Assembly (NCBI GenBank): GCA_022605425.2
Contig: CM061253.1
Location: 124,001 to 188,000 of the forward strand
From: Hamiltosporidium tvaerminnensis FI-OER-3-3
Taxonomy: Eukaryota > Fungi > Microsporidia
Direction: 5' to 3'
Length of the DNA: 64,000 nucleotides
The notes beneath the pieces are model-generated. The model worked only from the letters and a program-made list of their open reading frames with translations, ran no database searches and was not told the origin of the DNA. A program made the position numbers and the translations under genes. This document shows, piece after piece, positions 42,396 to 49,649 of the stretch (position 1 is the first letter of the stretch; every line of letters begins with the position of its first letter).

Positions 42396-43920
42396 TAGGG
42401 TTTATCGATCAATATAATAATCCTTGCAATCAATATCATAAATTTTCGATCAATATAATAATTCTTGCACTCAATATACTACTTTTTCGATCAATATAAT
42501 AATCCTTGCAATTAATATCATAACCCTTGCAATCTATATAATAATTATTTTTAAAAAATAAAAATTTAAACAATAATTCATTCATTATAAAATTAACTCG
42601 CATGTCAAATGATTTTTCAGGAAAAATACCAACGTGAACAAATATGATTTTCCTGTAGGTGAAACACCGGAATGTAAAGAGTGCGAAAATGACAATGTTT
42701 TGAGGTGTCTTATAGAAAAATCGGGATCAAATGATGAAAATCTCTCCATAACCACTATTCCAACTCTGAGGAAACAAAAAGTTTCTATTAATGATCGAGA
42801 ACGCATAATTGAAAAGACATTAGAAGGCTATTCTATGTCCGCAATTGCCTCGATATATCGAATAAATTACCAGACGGTTAATAGTATCGTTAGACGATAT
42901 TTAAAAACCGGCCTGGTATTTGTCGAGAAAAGAGGTGGTGATAGGCGCTCAAAGCTACCTTTGGAAATAAAAGAGAGCTTACAAACCTATGTTGATTTGG
43001 AGTGTACAAAAACCTTGTATGAGTTGGTAGAATGGGTCAAATGTACATTTAATGTTGATGTGTCAACTAGTACAATCGATAGCGCACTAAGGGAGTTCCA
43101 TTACACTCTAAAGCGTGTAACATTAGTGCCTGAGCGTAGAAATACACTTTCGACAATTGAGCTAAGAACAAATTACGCAACTAGTTTTCGTGAGTTGGAG
43201 GTTGATAACGAAGACAAAAACTTTGTCTTTTTAGATTAAGTTGGGTTTGCAGTAGTAACACGCCCCAGCAGAGGTCGTAATATGAGAGGTGAATCTGCAT
43301 ACTTATCTGTAACAGCAGCTCGAAATAGAAATATTTTGGTAGTCGCAGCAATGAACAAATATGGTTTGATATACCATAAGATTCATAAGAGGGCCATAGA
43401 TGATGAGGATTTGAAATTATACATTAAGGAGATTAATGAAAGTTGTCAACGGCAAGGAACCTAGACTCCTATATTTGTATGGAAAATGCGAGAATTCATC
43501 ACTATCGGGGATTGAATGATGATGAGGAAATTGTTTCGTATCGAATAAAATATCTTCCACCTTACTCTTCATTTCTTAATCCAATTGAGAATGTATTTTC
43601 AGTCAGGAAAAATAAAGTAATTAGAAGTGGTGTTCGTACCGAGCCTCAGTTGAGAATATTAATTTGTAGAAAATTTAATGAGATCACGGGAGAACATTGT
43701 AATTCTTTTTACCGTAAAATGTTAGAATATTTGCAAAAGGCTGAAGTAGGGCAAGTGATTCTTGAATAATAGTAATAAATCTCAAGTACTATTTATAATT
43801 TTATTTATTAAATTTCTATTTTTTAAAAATAAATATTATATTGATTGCAAGGATTATTATATTGATTGCAAGGATTATTATATTGATTGCAAGGATTATT
43901 ATATTGATCGAAAAACCCTA
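42396..43920 (+). mobile_element. Tc1/IS630-like DD34E DNA transposon, defective
   Basis: Ends TA|TAGGGTTT.TCGATCAATATAATAATCC...GATCGAAAAACCCTA|TA, i.e. TIRs with TA TSDs. TIRs are built of 21-bp units (about 7 left, 4 right). Encloses a transposase pseudogene. Confidence 0.9.
42602..43769 (+). pseudogene. Tc1/IS630-family transposase pseudogene
   Basis: HTH-type N-terminus (RIIEKTLEGYSMSAIA...RGGDRRSKL...VSTSTIDSAL). FVFLD* has TAA in place of the expected E. MENARIHH...LPPYSSFLNPIE has 34 residues between the catalytic positions, with the second D changed to E. Frameshifts near 42615 and 43460. Confidence 0.85.
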
Positions 43921-43925
43921 TAGTA

Positions 43926-44260
43926 TTAAAACCCCTTTATATTCTAATTTTTAGATGACTGTTAATTAAAACCCCTTTATATATCAGTATAACTAATACT
44001 AATTATTAACACCTTTTATATATCGGGATAACTCATACTACTTATTAACACACCTTTATATACTGGAATACCTTACACTTCTTAATAGCACCCCTTTAAA
44101 TAATAGAATAACTCATACTAATTATTTAAACCCCTTTATATACTAAAATACCACATACTACTTTAACACCCTTTATATACTTGGAATACCTTACGCTACT
44201 TTAACACCCCTTTATATATCAGTATAACCCATTCTAATTAATAACACCCCACCACCCTTC
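43926..44260 (+). repeat. Non-coding array of (T)TAA(C/A)ACCCCTTTATA with 38-40-bp period, about 9 units
   Basis: Motif cores near 43931, 43971, 44011, 44050, 44090, 44130, 44168, 44206 and 44246. Confidence 0.8.
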
Positions 44261-44280
44261 TTTCTTATTAACAACCCAGA

Positions 44281-44304
44281 AGGACCCACCCGACAAAAAA
44301 AGAA
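44281..44304 (+). promoter_or_regulatory. CCC-type motif upstream of the kinesin start codon
   Basis: GGACCCACCCGACAAAAAAAGAA-ATG. CCC shortly before ATG is a known microsporidian start-region signal; it also precedes 8766 and 62082. Confidence 0.4.
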
Positions 44305-47300
44305 ATGCCAACCCTTCTTAACAATTGTACAGCCAAAAAAACGATTTCAGTAAAAATACGTATAAAACCATCACAGAGTAGTTCTGATGTACCATACAGT
44401 TCAACGCAAATAACAGTCAACAACCGTACATACAATTTCCAGCACATATTTCCACCTACTGCGTCACAACCCCAACTTTTTGAGCATATTGTACCACTTC
44501 TTGATTCTTTTATTGCTGGGTTTAATACTACTGTTGTTGTTTATGGACAGACAGGATCAGGTAAGACGTATACTATGGGAACAACACCAGAGCAGATGGT
44601 ATATAATTATGAGGGTGATAGTTATAGTGGTGAGAATAACACCCCTTATGTTACTAAGGGAGAGGATAACACCCCTTTATCTATAAATATTAGGAATAAC
44701 ACCCATTATATAAATAATAGTGAGAATAACACCCCTTGTATTAGTACTGGCAATAATAACACCCCTTTATCTATAGGTACACAGAATAACACCTTCCTAA
44801 ACGATAATACTGTTACTAACACCCCTATAATTACTACTACTAATACTAACACCCATATAATTACTACTCCTAATACTAACACCTCTTTAAGTAACACATC
44901 TAATACTAACACCCCTTTAAGTACCACTCCTTATACTAACACCCCTATAATTACTACTCCTTATAATAACACTACTCTTACCAATACCCTTGGTATTCTT
45001 CCTAGATCTGTTATTTACCTTTTTAACAACATAAATGTCCCTATAATTCTTTCTTTTATAGAAATATACAACGAAGAGGTTTATGACCTTTTATCTGATA
45101 ATAAAGTACCTTTAATTATAAGAGAAAATAACGGTATACCAATACTAACAGGTGTTAGTAAACACACAATTTACAGTACAAAATGTGCGTTTAAAAAATT
45201 AAATAAAGGTTTATTGGAGAGAAAAACAAAAAGTACAAAAATGAATTTAAACAGTTCAAGATCTCATGCAATAATAACATTACAAGTAAAAGACACTTTA
45301 CTTACATTTGTAGATTTAGCAGGATCAGAGAGAATGGAGAGAAGTGGTGTGAAAGGAGAAAAAGTAAAAGAATGTATTTGTATTAACAGTGGACTGTTAA
45401 GTCTTAGTAATGTTATTAATTCGATGTATAAAAAAAATAAACATATTCCTTTTAGAGACTCTAAGTTGACTAGACTGTTACAGCCTAGTTTTATTGGACA
45501 GTGTTATACATTAGTGGTAGGGTGTATTAGCTTAGAGGGAGTTGATATGGGAGAAGGGGTTAATACTCTTGTGTACTGTTATCGTATATGTTGTATTGAG
45601 GGTTATATTGTAAGAAGAATGGGTGCTAGTTTGGATTATAAAGAAGAGGTGTTAAAGGTAAGGAAAGAGAATGAAAATTTAATTGGGGAAATAAGAAAGT
45701 TGGAGGGTGTTATTGATATGTTAAAAAGAGAAAATGAGAAATTAAGGAGGGGTGTTAGTGATAGTAAGAGTAGGTTGGAGGGTGATATAGGTAGGGATAT
45801 ATTAAAGGGTGTTAGTAATAATAAGAGTAGGTTGGAGGGTGTTAGTAGTAAGAATATGTTAGAGGCGGTTAACTATAGTACTAATATACAACAGGGTGCT
45901 AACTATAGTACTAATGAACAACAGGGTGTTAATATAAGTACTAATAAACAACAGGGTGTTAGTAATAGTATATATGGTTATAAGGGTGTTGAAAATAAAG
46001 ATTTATTGAATAACAAGGTGTTTACTCCGAGTAAAATTATAAAGGGGTTAAATATAGGTAATACTACTATTAATAATAAGAAGGAATATTTACATGATAG
46101 ATTAGGGGGTGTTAATAGATCTGTTATAGGAGATAGTAGGTTAAGGGGTGTTAATAAGTCAGTAGTAGGGAGTGGTTTAAGGGGTGTTAATAAGTCAGCT
46201 GTAGAGTGTGGTTTAAGGGGTGTTAATAGGTCCGTAATAAATGATAGATTAACAGGTGTTAATAAGTCTGTAATAAATGATAAATTAACAGGTGTTAATA
46301 GGTCTGTAATAAATGATAAATTAACAGGTGTTAATAGGTCTGTAATAAATAATAAATTAACAGGTGTTAATAAGTCTGTAATAAATGATAAATTAACAGG
46401 TGTTAATAAGTCTGTAGTAGAAACTAGATTAACAGGTGTTAATAAAGGTACCAACATCTCTAGTAGGTTAACGGGTGTTAATAGATCTGTTATAGATGGT
46501 ATTGAATCAAAGGGTGTTAATAATGTTACCAATATGTCTAGTAGATTAACAGGTGTTAGCAAGGAATCAGATAAACAAGAGAATAGTAGTGTGAATACAC
46601 CTGTTGTTACAAGAGGTATATTTAACACTTCTTCAAATGCAAATTATCAACGATTATTAAAAGATAGACTTGTTAATAATAAAACCCCTTTATCACAAGA
46701 TAATAAGAGTAATGTTGTTTGCACTCCTTTATCACAAGATAATAAGAATACCGTTGTTAACGCCCTCTTAGCGCAAGATAACAGCACTACTGTTACTAAC
46801 ACCCCTTTACTACACACTGATAATACTAACACTAACACCCCTTTATTACACACTAATAAAACTAACACTAACACCCCTTTATTACATACCAATAATACTA
46901 ACACTAGCACCCCTTTATTACATACCAATAATACTAACACTAACACCCCCGTTACTTTAAAAAGAAAAGATTCAAATCAACCAGATAGTAAGAAAATAAA
47001 GGATGATAAAAGAAGAGTAACTTTTAAAATTAATACAACGTTAACACCTGTTAAATATAAGAAAAAATTTAAAGTAATTAACACCCTCTTATATAATAAA
47101 AGACCTGTTACTGGTATATCAGCTTATAAGGGTGTTATTTATACTTGTAGTCTTAATAACACCATTACTGCCTATAGTATAAATAAAGGGGGTGTTATTT
47201 CTTCATATGAAGATAAAGAAGGGTTAAGTAATTTAAGTGTAATAAATGGGTGTTATTTATATAATAGTAGTTCATCTCTAAATAACACCCCTTTATTACA

Positions 47301-48171
47301 AGATATAGATACTAGTAATAACACCCCTTTGTTTAGTAACTCACCTGTAAATAACACCCCTATTACCACTAATACATCCTTACTAAATAACACCCCTATA
47401 ATTACTAATACATCTTTACTAAATAACACCCCTATAAGTACTAATACATCTTTACTAAATAACACCCCTCTATCTTATACTATACCCTTTACTGATAATA
47501 TGACTGTGACTGACTCTAACGTGTTATATTACAGCAATAATAATTTTAAGGTTATTGATATGAAATATAATAAAGAGGTGTTAAAGATAAGAACAAGTAG
47601 TACAATAACAAGTATGAAAACAAAGGGGTGTTATATAATAGGAGGTCATGAAAATGGTAATATTTCAATATTTGACAGTAGAATGTACAATAAACCGTTA
47701 TATTATAAAAATATACATAAAAGTACAATATTTAGTATAGATTTGTACAAAAGTAATATTTTTAGTGGATCTAGAGATCATACGATAGGTGTATTTGATT
47801 TTAATTTAAATAATACTTTATTACTTAATCCACCACACTATGATAGTGTGATGTGTGTGTTGGTATATAAAGATAGTTTAATAAGTGGTAGTAGAGACTG
47901 TTCTTTAAAGAGGTGGAGTATTGAAGATAAGAGTGTTGTTAAGACTTATCCTTATGCACATGAAAGTTGGGTTAAAAGTTTGTGTCTGAGTGATGGGTTT
48001 TTTGTTAGTGGAGGTAAAGACTGTAAAATAAAGGGGTGGGGTTTTAATGATAAGAGTTTGGTTAGTTTAGGGGAGTGTAGTGTTAAAGGGGGTGTTAATT
48101 GTATTGTAGAAGATGAAGGGGTGTTATTTGTAGGTAGTCAGGATAAGAGTGTATATGTTATAGGTGGTTAG
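44305..48171 (+). CDS. Kinesin-4/KIF21-like motor with C-terminal WD40 repeats and low-complexity repeat insertions
   Basis: P-loop YGQTGSGKTYTMG, FIEIYNE, switch I NLNSSRSHAI, switch II FVDLAGSER and HIPFRDSKLTRLLQ; a short coiled coil; WD40 motifs SGSRDHTIGVFD, PPHYD...SGSRDCSLKRW and AHESWVKSL, which resemble the KIF21 C-terminus. Intact 1288-aa ORF. Confidence 0.9.
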   Translation: MPTLLNNCTAKKTISVKIRIKPSQSSSDVPYSSTQITVNNRTYNFQHIFPPTASQPQLFEHIVPLLDSFIAGFNTTVVVYGQTGSGKTYTMGTTPEQMVYNYEGDSYSGENNTPYVTKGEDNTPLSINIRNNTHYINNSENNTPCISTGNNNTPLSIGTQNNTFLNDNTVTNTPIITTTNTNTHIITTPNTNTSLSNTSNTNTPLSTTPYTNTPIITTPYNNTTLTNTLGILPRSVIYLFNNINVPIILSFIEIYNEEVYDLLSDNKVPLIIRENNGIPILTGVSKHTIYSTKCAFKKLNKGLLERKTKSTKMNLNSSRSHAIITLQVKDTLLTFVDLAGSERMERSGVKGEKVKECICINSGLLSLSNVINSMYKKNKHIPFRDSKLTRLLQPSFIGQCYTLVVGCISLEGVDMGEGVNTLVYCYRICCIEGYIVRRMGASLDYKEEVLKVRKENENLIGEIRKLEGVIDMLKRENEKLRRGVSDSKSRLEGDIGRDILKGVSNNKSRLEGVSSKNMLEAVNYSTNIQQGANYSTNEQQGVNISTNKQQGVSNSIYGYKGVENKDLLNNKVFTPSKIIKGLNIGNTTINNKKEYLHDRLGGVNRSVIGDSRLRGVNKSVVGSGLRGVNKSAVECGLRGVNRSVINDRLTGVNKSVINDKLTGVNRSVINDKLTGVNRSVINNKLTGVNKSVINDKLTGVNKSVVETRLTGVNKGTNISSRLTGVNRSVIDGIESKGVNNVTNMSSRLTGVSKESDKQENSSVNTPVVTRGIFNTSSNANYQRLLKDRLVNNKTPLSQDNKSNVVCTPLSQDNKNTVVNALLAQDNSTTVTNTPLLHTDNTNTNTPLLHTNKTNTNTPLLHTNNTNTSTPLLHTNNTNTNTPVTLKRKDSNQPDSKKIKDDKRRVTFKINTTLTPVKYKKKFKVINTLLYNKRPVTGISAYKGVIYTCSLNNTITAYSINKGGVISSYEDKEGLSNLSVINGCYLYNSSSSLNNTPLLQDIDTSNNTPLFSNSPVNNTPITTNTSLLNNTPIITNTSLLNNTPISTNTSLLNNTPLSYTIPFTDNMTVTDSNVLYYSNNNFKVIDMKYNKEVLKIRTSSTITSMKTKGCYIIGGHENGNISIFDSRMYNKPLYYKNIHKSTIFSIDLYKSNIFSGSRDHTIGVFDFNLNNTLLLNPPHYDSVMCVLVYKDSLISGSRDCSLKRWSIEDKSVVKTYPYAHESWVKSLCLSDGFFVSGGKDCKIKGWGFNDKSLVSLGECSVKGGVNCIVEDEGVLFVGSQDKSVYVIGG
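44632..44990 (+). repeat. Coding array, 30-bp period, AATAACACCCCT core (NNTP/NTNTP), about 12 units
   Basis: ENNTPYVTKG EDNTPLSINI ... YTNTPIITTP inserted between the P-loop and GILPR. Confidence 0.85.
45745..46565 (-). repeat. Coding array with AGG(G)GTGTTAAT core (GVN/GVS); mainly 30-36-bp units, reverse complement of the NTP core
   Basis: QQGVN units (30 bp), LRGVNKSVV units (33 bp) and near-perfect LTGVNKSVINDK units (36 bp). Confidence 0.85.
46675..47470 (+). repeat. Coding arrays with TAACACCCCT core (NTNTPLLHTN and NNTPIITNTSLL; 36-bp units)
   Basis: Two blocks, about 46675-46950 and 47280-47470. Confidence 0.8.
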
Positions 48172-48175
48172 TAAA

Positions 48176-48480
48176 TAAAGGGGGTGTTATATCATAAGTA
48201 TGATACGCTATATGTATTAAAGGGGTGTTATATCATAAGTATGATTCGATGTATGATTAAAGGGGTGTTATATAATAAATATGATCAGATGCACGATTAA
48301 AGGGGTGTTATCTAATAGTAAATATTTCTGATCGGTGTTAGTATAAAGGGTAATAAGAGGGCGTTATTTATAGTAAATAAGTACATATAATAAGCGGACG
48401 TTAGTTATATTATATATGTACATCTAACAAGAGGGTGTTATTCATAGTACTAACCTACTCTTATATAACAAGGTGTTATT
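48176..48480 (-). repeat. Non-coding array of ATTAAAGGGGTGTTAT, 40-bp period, decaying distally
   Basis: AGGGGTGTTA at 48221, 48261 and 48301, a variant near 48180, and weaker copies near 48358, 48433 and 48471. Confidence 0.8.
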
Positions 48481-48929
48481 TATAATATACAAGCTTAGAT
48501 CTTTTAATTTTTAAAAATTAGTAAATAAAGGTAAATTTTATATAAAAGAGTTGATATTTCGTCTTTGATTTTTATATTTAAAAATAATCTTGTATTTACT
48601 GTGAATTATTATAAATCATTAATTTATATTTTATAAAAATGATAAGAATAAGACTCTTCTTATATTTAAAACAAAATTGTAAAAACCCTTAGATTTATCA
48701 AAACTTAGAAATAATTCAAACTAGCATTGATATTTAAATAGAAAGCTATAAAAAGAAAAATATATTGTAACTGGTATTTATTTCAGTTGTTTTGATTGTA
48801 GTAGAAGATTAATAACAATTATTATTGTTATTACTAAATATCATGAAGTTAAATAATTGTTTATCTATCTAATACCTTCATGTTATTGGTCTAACTTTAA
48901 TTATATTACACATATTGCTTATTATAATC

Positions 48930-49649
48930 TTTATTTAAAAGTATCACATCTTTTTAAAATAGTAGTAAGTGTTATATTTGTTTTCATGAAATTAACGCAG
49001 TTCTGGGTTTAACATAAATAACTCCAGCCCAAAAACTCCATCAGTACCCCTTGGGATACCTACATCCCAAAGCCTTTCATCTACCAGGTGTGTAGAACCT
49101 AATTCCTAGGCGAGGCAGTTGCCCGGAGTTCGTTAATGTCCGTTGCATGGAGTGTGATCGAAGGCCGAAGCCCCCTGTTCTCCAAAGACTTTGCAGCATT
49201 CACTTACTCTACACAGACTGAACCCAATAAACCTTTAACTAAGATATATTCCAGATACTTACATGGGATCCACTTAGACAGTGCAATGTCATACCAACAG
49301 GTATAACCTGCTACTTAGCTCTTCCGGCTTTTAATGGTTTTTTGTTTTATATCTCCCAAGCGCCAAGTCTTCTAACCCGAGTGAGCAGGCTAGGTTTTCC
49401 ATGCTTTTACATGGCAATTACCTACATGTTCAGCTGCGGTCTGCAATCTGGTTACATAAAAGACTATAAAATATATTTGTATAAAAAGCTTCCCATTTCT
49501 TAGACCTCTCCTCCTTATAACAACCCATGAACAATCGAAGATGTAATATGGTTTTTATTCTACCAAAAATTCAAACAAAGATCCTCACTCTGGTTTCACA
49601 CATTCTATGCCAATCAAGAGGTTTTTTATTTGGTTATCCTCCCTCCACA
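48930..49649 (-). mobile_element. ~715-bp non-coding structured retroposon (family B), copy 2
   Basis: Reverse complement starts TGTGGAGGGAGGATAACC and ends GATGTGATACTTTTAAATAAA. Highly similar to 53470-54180. Several hairpins, including GGGGC-UUCG-GCCUU. Confidence 0.85.

Noticed and set aside
43237-43239. Stop-codon reassignment (TAA at expected Glu positions here and at 10340)
   Set aside because: Both lie in sequences that also carry frameshifts, and the long intact genes have no internal stops and end at TAA, TAG or TGA normally.
44632-44990. CRISPR-like look (constant core plus regularly sized variable spacers), here and at 42407-42545
   Set aside because: Cores are only about 10 bp, neighbouring spacers are related to each other, there are no cas genes, and the context is eukaryotic. 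The 21-bp array is a transposon TIR.
45978-47465. Antisense ORFs of 216, 99 and 70 aa (also 44706-44927)
   Set aside because: They are shadows of the stop-poor repeat arrays within the kinesin gene.
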